DNA of 64,000 nt from Spirochaetia bacterium (GTDB taxonomy: Bacteria > Spirochaetota > Spirochaetia > SZUA-6 > Bin103): the NCBI GenBank assembly GCA_965198005.1, contig CBDAOI010000004.1:1632001-1696000 (forward strand), read 5' to 3'. A program made the translations under genes and the position numbers. Shown here in pieces: positions 39,790 to 49,611 of this stretch. Under the pieces are notes generated by a model. The model made no database searches and was not told the DNA's origin. It was given only the letters and a program-made list of their open reading frames with translations. Position 1 is the stretch's first letter. Each line of letters begins with the position of its first letter.

Positions 39790-40962
39790 CTAGTGCGCCT
39801 TGGGCGGGTGGCGGGCGAGGGCGGCCTCGTCCGGCTCGGTGCCCCAGCCCGGGGTGTCGGGCAGGTGCAGGTGGCCCTGGCGGATGTCCGGCGCCACGGT
39901 GAACAACTGGTCGTCCCACGGTCCCCGGTCGACGTCGGTCTCCATGATGCGCAGGTTGGGCACCGCCGCGCACAAGTGGGCGCTCATCATCGTCGCCAAG
40001 TGTCCGTAGTAGTTGTGCGGGGCGACGTTGATCTGGTGGGCGTCGGCGATCGCCGCGATCTTCATTGATTGCCAGACGCCGTTCCAGACCGCGTCGATGA
40101 TCGCCACGTCCATCGCCTGCAGCCGGAAGTAGGGGAGGAACGCGGTCGGGGTGATCAGCGACTCGCACGAGCTGATGGTATGCGGGCTGCCGCGCCGCAC
40201 GTCGGCCAGCGCTTCCGGGTGCGGGGTGTCGATCTCGAACCAGAAGACGTCCAGATCGGCCAGCGCCCGCAGGATCCGCAGGTACCCCTCCGGTTTCGCG
40301 TTGTAGTTGAGGTCCACCAGGATGTCCAGGTCGGGCCCGGCGCCGTCGCGAAACGCCTCCAGATGGGCGCGGAGCTGGCGGATGACGTGCCGCTCCACGT
40401 TCTGGTCGGGTTGAAACGGGTGGCCGAATCCCGGTGCCCAGCCGGTCACCGTCTCCCCGCGGTAGTCGAAGATGTTGGTCTTGAGCGCGGTGAAGCCCGA
40501 TTCCCGTACCTCGGCGCCGAGCGCCCGGATGCCGTCCAGGCCGGTCACCGTGGTGCGGTGCAGGCCGGGATGGGCGATGCGCCAAGTGCCGCAGTGCGAC
40601 CAGTACACGCGGATCCGGTCGCGTATCTTGCCGCCGAGCAGCTCGCAGCACGGCACGCCGAGCAGCTTGGCCTTGGCGTCGAGCAGGGCGTTCTCGAGCG
40701 CCCCGATTCCCATCGCCATCACGCCCGACATCGACTGGCGCGCCCGCGCCTGCAACTTGGCGAACACCCGTTCCGTGTCCTGCACGCGCTCGCCGGCCAC
40801 GAACGGGGTCAGCCGCTGCACCACGCTGGTGACGCCGGCGGCGCCCTGATGCTCGTCGTACTCGCTCCAGCCGACGAGGCCGTCCTCGGTGGTGAGCTTG
40901 ACGAAGTGATAGTTGCGCCAGCCGGCGTCGCAGTGGCGCGTCTCGATGCTGCGGACCTTCAT
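39790..40962 (-). CDS. Mandelate racemase / muconate lactonizing enzyme (enolase superfamily)
   Basis: GLVGWSE, ALLDAKAK..LLGG, DLN, VAPHN, PDTPGWG. Confidence 0.88.
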   Translation of the reverse strand: MKVRSIETRHCDAGWRNYHFVKLTTEDGLVGWSEYDEHQGAAGVTSVVQRLTPFVAGERVQDTERVFAKLQARARQSMSGVMAMGIGALENALLDAKAKLLGVPCCELLGGKIRDRIRVYWSHCGTWRIAHPGLHRTTVTGLDGIRALGAEVRESGFTALKTNIFDYRGETVTGWAPGFGHPFQPDQNVERHVIRQLRAHLEAFRDGAGPDLDILVDLNYNAKPEGYLRILRALADLDVFWFEIDTPHPEALADVRRGSPHTISSCESLITPTAFLPYFRLQAMDVAIIDAVWNGVWQSMKIAAIADAHQINVAPHNYYGHLATMMSAHLCAAVPNLRIMETDVDRGPWDDQLFTVAPDIRQGHLHLPDTPGWGTEPDEAALARHPPKAH

Positions 40963-41059
40963 GCCGCAGAACGCCGCTTCGCTGTGGTTTGCATGACCAG
41001 ACAGTACGTGGTCAGAATAGGGTGTGGCAAGCGCGCACCGACCGCCGCGACCGACGGGA

Positions 41060-41523
41060 GATGGAGCAGGTCCAGAACGTGCCACACGATTGCTGGACCG
41101 CCCGATCATCACGCCCGAGTTCGACCCGTCGATCGGGCGCAACATCCAGGGGCCGTCGATCATCCGGGGCCGCGTCTGTTCAACCCGAATATGCGCCACA
41201 GCGCGCTGCTGGTGCGCCACGAGACGCTGTACGTGTTCTGGACGCAGGTCGGGCACGCCCCGGAGCGGATCCTGCTGAGCACGATCGACCTTGCGGGCGA
41301 CTGGCGCGCGTGGCGGGAGTCGGCGCCGGTGGAGGTTCTGCGCCCCGAGCGAGTCTGGGAGGGCGCCGCGGCGCCGGTGCGGTCGTCGGTGCGCAGCACC
41401 GCGTATGGGATCGTCAACCAGCTTCGCGATCCGGCCATCCTGGAGGATGAAGGCCGCACCTACCTGCTGTACGCCGTCGCCGGCGAGAGCGGCATCGCGC
41501 TGGCGGAGCTGCGGTTTGAGTGA
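41060..41523 (+). pseudogene. Internally deleted hypothetical protein, possibly beta-propeller hydrolase-like
   Basis: N-terminal piece PIITP..NIQGPSIIR is out of frame with C-terminal MRHSA..NQLRDPAI..LLYAVAGESGIA. Confidence 0.55.
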
Positions 41524-42385
41524 CTCGAACGACCGCGGACCACCGCGGCCGCCGGCGCTGCGTCCCCCGCCCGGCGCCTGCGATACCCACGTGCACTTCT
41601 ACGACGCGCGCTACCCGGAGGCGCCGACCTCCCGCTTCTACCCCCCGGACGCCGGCGTGGAAGAGTATCGCCGGCTGCAGGCACGGCTCGGGCTGGAGCG
41701 GGTGGTGACCGTGCAGCCGTCGACCTACGGCACCGACAACTCCTGCCAACTCGCCTGCCGCCGCGCGTTCGGCGACGCCGCCCGCCTGGTGGTGGTGGTG
41801 GACGCGGCGGTCACCGGCGCCGAGCTGGAAACCTGGACCCGGCGCGGCGCGCGCGGCGCCCGGTTCTACATGCTGCGCGGCGCGCCGCTGTCCTGGGAGC
41901 AACTGGAGCCCGTGGCCGCGCGTGTGCACGAGTTCGGCTGGCACATCCAACTGCAGACCGATGGCCGCGAGCTGGCCGACCTCAAGCCGCGGCTCGCGGC
42001 CCTGCCGGGCGACCTGGTGATCGACCATATCGGTCGCTTTATGGAGCCCGTGGGCGTCGCTCACCCGAGCTTCCGGGCGCTGCGGGAACTGGTCGAACGC
42101 GGGCGCTGCTGGGTCAAGCTGTCGGCCCCGTACGAGTCGTCGCGGCGCGCTCCGCCATTCGACGACCTGCGGGAGATGGCGCGGACGCTGGTCCGGACCG
42201 CGCCGGAGCGTATGCTGTGGGCGACCAACTGGCCGCACCCCAACCACCACGGCCAATACGACGACGCCGCCCTGCTCGATCTGCTGCTGGACTGGACCGA
42301 CGACGCCGCCACCCGCCGGCGCATTCTGGTCGACAACCCGGCCCGGCTCTACGGGTTCGCTGCCAGCCCGACCAGCTCCGACTAG
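41516..42385 (+). CDS. Amidohydrolase family 2 (lactonase-like)
   Basis: ACDTHVH, VQPSTYGTDN, IDHIG, WVKLSAPY, WATNWPHP. Confidence 0.88.
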   Translation: MSDSNDRGPPRPPALRPPPGACDTHVHFYDARYPEAPTSRFYPPDAGVEEYRRLQARLGLERVVTVQPSTYGTDNSCQLACRRAFGDAARLVVVVDAAVTGAELETWTRRGARGARFYMLRGAPLSWEQLEPVAARVHEFGWHIQLQTDGRELADLKPRLAALPGDLVIDHIGRFMEPVGVAHPSFRALRELVERGRCWVKLSAPYESSRRAPPFDDLREMARTLVRTAPERMLWATNWPHPNHHGQYDDAALLDLLLDWTDDAATRRRILVDNPARLYGFAASPTSSD

Positions 42386-42607
42386 CTGGCGGACGATTGT
42401 CGATCAGGCGCGGGGCCCGTAAGATCGGCGCGACTACAGGCCGCCTGCGGAGCCGCGTCTCAGCTTGGCGCACCACTCGCCGGACCGGTTCGACCTTGCC
42501 GAGCGCCGCCGCAACGCCATGGCGTACGTCAACGAAATCGGCCGGCGCGCCGCCGACGGCCGCATCGCCTGCGCCTTGGACGCGTCGCCGCCGACGGCAG
42601 CGAGTAC

Positions 42608-42740
42608 GTGCCCGGCTTCACGGTGTCGGCGGTGGTCGACACCACGGGCGCCAGCGACGCCTTCGACGCCGCGCTGGCCGTCGGGCCGGCCGAGGGCCGC
42701 CCCCTCCCCAAGGCCGCCCGTTTCGCCAACGCCGTAGCGG
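42608..42740 (+). pseudogene. PfkB/ribokinase C-terminal fragment
   Basis: VVDTTGASDAF..AARFANA (degenerate DTTGAGD motif). Confidence 0.7.
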
Positions 42741-43000
42741 TGCTATGCTGCACCGCGCTCGCTACCCTGCCGGCCCTACCGTCGGCGGGCGGAGGTGGAC
42801 GCATTCGCAGCATCCGGAGCCGGTGTTGCCTGATTGCGCTACAATAGGTGGTTCCCAATCGCGCGTTACGACGATAAGATGTGTATTGGCATGTACCTGA
42901 GTTACGTGGCACCGGATGGCGGGCTGTGCACGCATGCTGCTTCTTGCGTATCCCACGGAATCCTCGCTATACCGCGAATTGAGACTGACGGAGAACCTGA

Positions 43001-43870
43001 TTGACTTTCCATTTGCAAGCCATTTGTAGCGGTCGCTCGGGATTCGAGCGGCTTAGCCAACTCGCCAAGTCGACCGAGCATCTTTTCGCCGACCATCTTG
43101 AACTCAACATTTCGCAAGTAAGCTCGTTCGACGGCAACATGGCCGCTCCGCTGGGAGTTGTACTGGCGCATGTTACGGATGACTTCAACTTTGTTGAGAT
43201 TGTTGCCATCCCCTCAGGTATCAAGCGAGTACTCCGAAAGAACCGATTTCTTACGCACTTTCGCTATAGTCCGATGGATGACATTCATGGTACTACGATG
43301 CCCTATCGTCGCCTTCGACTGACTGATGAAGGAGCATTCGAGGACTACATCCAACTGCAACTCAAAGATAAGGCCATTCCCGAGATGTCCGCAAAAGCGA
43401 GCCAAAGATTCAAGCAGAAGGTATTTGAAGTATACCAAAATGCTGTTTCTCACTCGGAATCTGACGTTGGCGTGTTCGTTTGCGGCCACATGTTCCCGCG
43501 CGAAAATCGTCTCGACTTTACCATCGCTGATGGCGGTATGGGTATTCGTGATGCTGTGCGTGGTTACTTCAAAACTGATAGAATCAGTTCGATTGCAGCA
43601 CTAAAATGGGCTCTGGAGCAGAATCACACCACAAAACGTGGTAGTCATCCTGGTGGCCTTGGTCTTGGGTTTCTTCGAGCATTTTCCGCTCTGAACGAAG
43701 GAAAGATTCGGATTGTCTCGCGGTTCGCGTTTTATGAATTTGACTGTGGACAAGAAGCATTCCACAAAATGCAGTATGACTTCCCCGGAACCGCCGTAAC
43801 GGTTCAGATCAACACTGCCGATACAGGGAAGTATATTCTACCCGCAGAGATCACTACGGAGGAACCATGA
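43001..43870 (+). CDS. HATPase_c / anti-sigma kinase-like ATP-binding protein
   Basis: N-box EVYQNAVSHS, G1 DGGMGI, G2 GGLGLG, GTAV; STAS-like N-terminus. Confidence 0.8.
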   Translation: MTFHLQAICSGRSGFERLSQLAKSTEHLFADHLELNISQVSSFDGNMAAPLGVVLAHVTDDFNFVEIVAIPSGIKRVLRKNRFLTHFRYSPMDDIHGTTMPYRRLRLTDEGAFEDYIQLQLKDKAIPEMSAKASQRFKQKVFEVYQNAVSHSESDVGVFVCGHMFPRENRLDFTIADGGMGIRDAVRGYFKTDRISSIAALKWALEQNHTTKRGSHPGGLGLGFLRAFSALNEGKIRIVSRFAFYEFDCGQEAFHKMQYDFPGTAVTVQINTADTGKYILPAEITTEEP

Positions 43871-44235
43871 CCGAACCGATTCTCGTGCGAGTGTACGACA
43901 TCGTAGGGGGCCCGCTCGGCGTGTCAACCGAGGATGGTCAGCGCTTGCATGACAAGATTGCGCCACTCCTCAAGGCCGGTACGCCGGTCGTTCTTTCATT
44001 CGAACGCATCGAGACGATGATATCGGCATTTCTCAACGCAGCCGTTGGGCAACTCTACGGTGAGTTGTCTGAAGATAGTGTCGATCACCTGCTGTCTGTC
44101 AGCGATATGGCTCTCGACGATAGCCACGTGTACCAACACGTTGTCACGAACGCGAAGGCTTACTTCAAAGACCCTGGCAAGTTTGAAAGGGCATGGAGAG
44201 AAGAATTGGGCTCCGAAATGGATGATGAAGAATAA
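43867..44235 (+). CDS. STAS-like domain protein (DUF4325-like)
   Basis: VSTEDGQ..VVLSF..MISAFLNAAVGQLY; ATGA overlap with upstream gene. Confidence 0.8.
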   Translation: MTEPILVRVYDIVGGPLGVSTEDGQRLHDKIAPLLKAGTPVVLSFERIETMISAFLNAAVGQLYGELSEDSVDHLLSVSDMALDDSHVYQHVVTNAKAYFKDPGKFERAWREELGSEMDDEE

Positions 44236-44776
44236 AGCACACAACTTGTCTGGGTATTCATTCCAAAGGGGCGAGTCGTTGCTGTTCGACACTAACGTGT
44301 GGCTCTATCTCTATCCCGCACCGGCGGCGAGCGTCTATCGGCATGCAGCAAGGTACAGCAGCGGGTTAAAATCAATGCTTCAGGCAGGCGCGCAGATGGT
44401 TGTCGACGCAGTCGTGCTTAGTGAGTACTTGAATCGTTATTGTCGTATCGAGTGGAGCGCAAACCATAGGGCAATGTATCGAGACTTCAAGGCATTCCGT
44501 ATGTCAGCTGATTTCGCGCCGGCTGGGCAAGCAGCGGCTGCCTATGCAAATCAGATACTAAAGCTTGGCAAGCGTTACGATCACCCGTTTTCGCTAATCG
44601 ATCTCATGCGAATACTGACCGATTTCGAATCTGGATTGTGCGATTTCAACGATGGTTTGCTAGTGGAGACCTGCCGCCATCATGGATGGAAAATCGTGAC
44701 GAACGATTCTGATTTTGTCTCTGGGGGTATCGAAGTCTTGACCACGAACCCCAAGCTCTTGAAAGCGTGTCCATAG
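44222..44776 (+). CDS. PIN-domain ribonuclease
   Basis: FDTNVW, SEYLN, DFND, VTNDSDF acidic motifs. Confidence 0.82.
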   Translation: MMKNKAHNLSGYSFQRGESLLFDTNVWLYLYPAPAASVYRHAARYSSGLKSMLQAGAQMVVDAVVLSEYLNRYCRIEWSANHRAMYRDFKAFRMSADFAPAGQAAAAYANQILKLGKRYDHPFSLIDLMRILTDFESGLCDFNDGLLVETCRHHGWKIVTNDSDFVSGGIEVLTTNPKLLKACP

Positions 44777-44897
44777 ACCGTATGGGTATGCGGAGAAGTG
44801 ACGCGGAGAGATCTGAGGGGAAGCAGGCTCTCCGGTTGGTGTACGACACGCCGCTGCCGCCGACCCGCTCGCCACGGTGGCTGCGGCCGCCGGCAGC

Positions 44898-46112
44898 TCA
44901 GTCGGTGGGCAACGCCGCGCCGTACAGAAAGTCGACCAGGTTGATATGCCGAATGCCGTCGAGGGGTCCCGGCGCGACGGGGTCCAGCGAGAGCATCACC
45001 TTGGCGTGGGCGTCGCCGGTGCCGAGCAGGGCGGACTTCTCCCGCTCGAGTGTCTCCGGGGACTCGATCAGATAACTCACCTGCACGTACACGCGGCCCT
45101 GCGCGCCTTCGGCGACGAAGTCGACCTCGTGGGCGCCGGCAACCCCCACCGCGACCCGGTAACCCCGGCGCAGCAACTCGTGGAACACCAGATTCTCCAG
45201 GTCGCCGGCAATCCACCGTTCCTGCGTGCCCAGCAACCCATGACGCAGGCCGAGGTCGCCCAGGTAGTACTTGCTGCCGATCTGCAGATGGCGCCTGCCG
45301 CGCAGGTCGAACCGGTCGACTTTGTCCAGCACGAACGCTTCGCACAGATACGAGAGGTAGTTGAGGACCGTATCGGCCGTGCCGCGTCGCTGATGGGACC
45401 GCATGAAGTCGGAGATTCTCTTGCCCGACGTGAGATTGCCGACGTTGTCCATCGCGAAGCGGACGATCGACTCGAACGTGTCCGGATCGCGAATGGATCG
45501 CCGCTGCACGACGTCCCGCAGCGCGATCGTGCTGTAGACGTCGCCCAGCATCTGCCGCACGAGGTCCGGAGAAAGGTCGGTGTGGAGCAGCCCCGGCAGG
45601 CCGCCCAACGTTCGGTAGCGCGCGAACAGCTCGGCTCTCGACGGCTTCCCCGGTTGGGTCGCCGCGAAGAGGTCCGCGAACTCGCGCAGCGAAAGCGGCA
45701 GCACGCGAAGCGTGAGGTAGCGCCCGGCAAGCCGCGTGGCCAGCTCCCCGGCGAGCAGCGTCGAGTTCGAGCCGGAGACCACGACGCGGGTCTCGTTGCG
45801 GTTCTGGAGCGAGGCCACCGCACGTTCCCAGTCGTCAATCTGTTGGATCTCGTCGACGATGACACAGGTCGGGCCGCCGGCCCCCTCCCGCCGTACATGG
45901 GCCACGAGATCTCCCGCTCCGCGGATGAATTCGAAGGAGAGATCCTCCATGTCGACGTACACGACGCGGGTTCGACTACGCAGACGCGCGGCGAGTTGGC
46001 GCAGGAGCACGCTCTTGCCGACGCGCCGAAGGCCGACCACCGCTACGGCCACCGGCGCCTCTACGTACCGCGCCAGTTTGTCCAGGTAGAGAGCACGTTC
46101 GATCTCGAACAT
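44898..46112 (-). CDS. AAA ATPase (AAA_14 + DUF4143-like)
   Basis: GLRRVGKS, VDEIQ, SGSNS, KYYLGDLGL, LENLVF, EVDFV. Confidence 0.88.
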   Translation of the reverse strand: MFEIERALYLDKLARYVEAPVAVAVVGLRRVGKSVLLRQLAARLRSRTRVVYVDMEDLSFEFIRGAGDLVAHVRREGAGGPTCVIVDEIQQIDDWERAVASLQNRNETRVVVSGSNSTLLAGELATRLAGRYLTLRVLPLSLREFADLFAATQPGKPSRAELFARYRTLGGLPGLLHTDLSPDLVRQMLGDVYSTIALRDVVQRRSIRDPDTFESIVRFAMDNVGNLTSGKRISDFMRSHQRRGTADTVLNYLSYLCEAFVLDKVDRFDLRGRRHLQIGSKYYLGDLGLRHGLLGTQERWIAGDLENLVFHELLRRGYRVAVGVAGAHEVDFVAEGAQGRVYVQVSYLIESPETLEREKSALLGTGDAHAKVMLSLDPVAPGPLDGIRHINLVDFLYGAALPTD

Positions 46113-46198
46113 GTTCCAATTATAGGGCGCGCGGCATAGGCGCGGCACGCGGTGGCCGTCGGATTGCCGCACGCGGCCGGGAACGGATAGAGTGAGGC

Positions 46199-47248
46199 AT
46201 GGCTAACACAGACCGTATCCGCGTCGGGCTGGTCGGCGCCGGCGGCATCACCCTGTTCCGCCACATTCCGGGATTGCAGAAGATCGACGGGGTGACGATC
46301 GCAAGCATCTGCAACCGCAGCCGCGCGTCGTCGGAGAAGGTCGCGCGGGAGCATGGCATCGAACGAATCTACGACGACTGGCGTGAGCTGGTGAACGCCG
46401 ACGACACCGACGCGATCTTCGTCGGGACCTGGCCCTATCTCCACTGCCCGGCCACGCTGGCCGCGCTGGAGGCGGGCAAGCACGTATTCACCCAGGCGCG
46501 GATGGCGATGAACGCCACCGAGGCGCGCACCATGCTGGCCGCCGCGCGCCGCAACCCGCACCTGGTGACCCAGATCTGTCCGGCGCCGCACACCCTGGCG
46601 GTGGACCGTACCGTGCGCCGGCTGATCGTCGAGGGCTACCTCGGCGACGTGCTGGCTCTGGAGATCTGCGACACGGGCGCGTTCATCGACCGCGACGCGC
46701 CGCTGCACTGGCGGAACGACGAGTCGTTGAGCGGGCTCAACGTCATGAGCATGGGCATGCTCTACGAGACCATCCTCAAGTGGGTCGGCCCGGCCACGCG
46801 GATCTCGGCCCTGGCGAGCACCTTCGTCAAGGCGCGCCGGGTCGACCACGGCACCCTGCGGGCCACCACCATCCCCGACCACCTGGTCGTGCTCGGCGAG
46901 CTGGCCTGCGGCGCGCAGCTCACCTTGCAGACCTCGTCGGTGATGGGCCACGGCTGGAGCGGTGTAACCGTGTACGGCAGCGAGGCGACGCTGCGCTACA
47001 AGCTGTTCGACGACAAGCTGTACGCGGCCCGGCGCGGCGACGAGGGCGGCGACCCGTTCCGCCCGATAGACATCCCCACCGGCGAGTTCGGCCCCTGGCG
47101 CGCCGAGGAGGAGTTCGTGAGCGCCATCCGCGGCCAGGAGTCGGTGACCCACGTCAACTTCGTCGACGGCGTCCGCTACATGGAGTTCTCCGACGCGGTG
47201 CACCGCAGCCTGCGCGAGCAACGCACGGTAGCGGTCCCGTTCCAGTAG
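46199..47248 (+). CDS. Gfo/Idh/MocA family oxidoreductase
   Basis: VGLVGAG, ALEAGKHV; QARM replaces the usual EKP. Confidence 0.85.
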   Translation: MANTDRIRVGLVGAGGITLFRHIPGLQKIDGVTIASICNRSRASSEKVAREHGIERIYDDWRELVNADDTDAIFVGTWPYLHCPATLAALEAGKHVFTQARMAMNATEARTMLAAARRNPHLVTQICPAPHTLAVDRTVRRLIVEGYLGDVLALEICDTGAFIDRDAPLHWRNDESLSGLNVMSMGMLYETILKWVGPATRISALASTFVKARRVDHGTLRATTIPDHLVVLGELACGAQLTLQTSSVMGHGWSGVTVYGSEATLRYKLFDDKLYAARRGDEGGDPFRPIDIPTGEFGPWRAEEEFVSAIRGQESVTHVNFVDGVRYMEFSDAVHRSLREQRTVAVPFQ

Positions 47249-47622
47249 CCCTGGGTGGCGAGGTTCGCCGAGCGTGATCCGCCACGAGCCGGGCGCCTGG
47301 GGTTGGGGTGACCGGGGGTGACCACCGAGTCGTTTGACAGGGTGGCCGCGTCCATGCTAGCGTGCCTCGCCTTGGGGTTTGACGGATCGGTGATGAAGCG
47401 CCATGATGACAGTCAGCGCGGTGACCGGTTGGCGGTGACGCAGGGTATCGCGCGTTGCCTATACTCACACCCCAATGGGGTCACACCGGCCATGGTGTCG
47501 CCCCGGGCGGCCGGTGCTTGCAGTCGTACAAGGAGGAGCCGCACCCGGATGTAGAGCCTGACCGTATACGGATAGAGCGGGATCAAGCCCGAGCGGCCCC
47601 GCGCCGACTCGGCAACTCCAGC

Positions 47623-47708
47623 CTGCCGCCCTTCGCTTTCGGGTCGCCTGCAATGCAGCCAGACCTCGGGAGTAGGCGAAGGACCGGCAGTGGCCTCAGT
47701 ACTCCCGA
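47623..47708 (+). promoter_or_regulatory. Conserved two-helix RNA element (copy 3)
   Basis: TCGGGAGTA/TACTCCCGA and CTGCCG-CCTTCGCTT/AGGCGAAGG-CGGCAG, with compensatory changes relative to copies 1 and 2. Confidence 0.72.
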
Positions 47709-47727
47709 ACAATAGGAGACCTACATC

Positions 47728-49542
47728 ATGAGTAGCGGAATGACCAAAACGTGCCTCGCGGTGCTGTTCGGTCTCGCCTTGGCCGTGACCGGCCTCTGGG
47801 CGGCTGCCGCCGAAGAGGAGCCGGCCGCGGCGATGGAGAAGGAGATGGTGCTCGACCCCACCACCGGAGAGATGGTGAGCGCGCCGGAGTACGGCGGGAC
47901 CATCACCAGTCTGTTCCATCCCGGCTGGCAGACCGAGCATGCCGACATGTGGCACTACCGCAGTGTCATCCACCCCACCAAGATCGTCTTGGAGAGAATG
48001 GGTGGCGGTGACTGGGGACTGCCCAGAGACGAATTCGCCTTCGCCGGTGCCATCCCGAATCTACCTCAATACACCGGCAAGCTGGCCGAGAGCTGGGAAC
48101 AGCCCGACGCCACGACGATTGTTCTCAACATCCGCAAGGGGGTGAAGTGGCACGACAAGGAACCGATGAACGGCCGCGAGCTGGTCGCCGACGACGTCGT
48201 GTTCAACTTCAGTCGCAATCTGGGGCTGGGCGAGTTTGCCGCGGATGGACCGAGCCCGGTGATCAGCGTGCTGGGGACGCTGCCGGTCGAATCGATCACG
48301 GCAACCGACAGCCATACGGTCGTGATCACGTTGCAGCAACCGATGCTCGCCGCGCTGTACCACATCATCGCCGACATCTACGGCAATCAGTACCCGCCCG
48401 AAGTGATCAGGCAGGACGGCGACGCCAAGGATTGGAACAAGCTGGTAGGCACCGGGCCGTTCATGTTGACCGACAGGGTGGAAGACGTTGCCCTGACCTA
48501 TACCAAGAACCCGGACTATTGGGGCTTTGACGAGAAGTTTCCGGACAACCGCCTGCCCTATGTCGACGAGTTCAGGGGCGTGATCATGCCGGACGAATCG
48601 ACGCGCCTGGCGGCGCTGCGCTCGGGCCAGCTCGACGTGCTGGGTGGTCCCGCCGCGTATGCGCTCTCACCCGGCCCCTCGACCGAGGGCCTGGCGCGCA
48701 CCAACGCGGAGCTCAAACAGTTTGCGTACCAGAATCGCAGCCAGAATTCCGCCGCCTTCAACCTGAAAGCGCCGCCCTTCGACGACGTTCGGGTGCGTAG
48801 GGCGATCCAGATGGCCCTCGACCTGGAGACGGTAGCGGCCACCTACTTCAAGGGCTATGCAGATCCCACACCTCGCGGCGTGGTCGGCATCGCCAACACC
48901 GGGTACGCGTTCCCGGTTGCGGAGTGGTCCGACGAACTCAAGGGTTACTACAGCTATGACCCGGCAGGAGCAGAGGCGCTCCTCGATGAGGCGGGATATC
49001 CGCGCGGCGCCGACGGCGTCAGATTCCAGACCATATTCAACGCCCATCCCAGCCCAGCGGCAACCGATCAGGGCTTTGTCGCGATAATGATCCAGTTTTG
49101 GGATGCGATCGGCGTCGACGTGGACCTCTTGGTCGCGGATGGCGCGGCCTTCGGCCCGATGATCCAGAATGCCGACTACGAAGGGATACTCTGGTTCATT
49201 ACCGGCTGGAACAGGCCGCTTCCGGTGACCACCATCGGCTGGCAGGCCACGGGTGCGTACAACAACGCCACCGGACACAGCGTGGAGGAGTATGACGCGA
49301 TGATCGCCGCCGTGGGCGCGGCGACGACGGTCGAGGAGGAACGGCAGTTGATCCTGGAGGCGGATCGGTACCTGATCGAGAATCACCTGTACCTGTGGGG
49401 TCCGATCATGCCGCAGGTTGCGGTGACGCAGCCGTGGATCGTCGGCTACAACGGCGAAAACAATCTGGGCGACGTCGACAGCTACACGATCTTTGCTCGC
49501 CTGTGGATCGACCACCAGATGAAGGAGTCGATGGGGCACTAG
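47728..49542 (+). CDS. ABC transporter substrate-binding protein, family 5
   Basis: Same N-terminal signature and family-5 motifs as the other SBPs. Confidence 0.93.
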   Translation: MSSGMTKTCLAVLFGLALAVTGLWAAAAEEEPAAAMEKEMVLDPTTGEMVSAPEYGGTITSLFHPGWQTEHADMWHYRSVIHPTKIVLERMGGGDWGLPRDEFAFAGAIPNLPQYTGKLAESWEQPDATTIVLNIRKGVKWHDKEPMNGRELVADDVVFNFSRNLGLGEFAADGPSPVISVLGTLPVESITATDSHTVVITLQQPMLAALYHIIADIYGNQYPPEVIRQDGDAKDWNKLVGTGPFMLTDRVEDVALTYTKNPDYWGFDEKFPDNRLPYVDEFRGVIMPDESTRLAALRSGQLDVLGGPAAYALSPGPSTEGLARTNAELKQFAYQNRSQNSAAFNLKAPPFDDVRVRRAIQMALDLETVAATYFKGYADPTPRGVVGIANTGYAFPVAEWSDELKGYYSYDPAGAEALLDEAGYPRGADGVRFQTIFNAHPSPAATDQGFVAIMIQFWDAIGVDVDLLVADGAAFGPMIQNADYEGILWFITGWNRPLPVTTIGWQATGAYNNATGHSVEEYDAMIAAVGAATTVEEERQLILEADRYLIENHLYLWGPIMPQVAVTQPWIVGYNGENNLGDVDSYTIFARLWIDHQMKESMGH

Positions 49543-49611
49543 TAGAGCTGCTTGAGATCCTGAGCCCACCCGCTCGGCACGCTCCGGGCGGGTGGGCTTT
49601 GCTGGCGTCAC

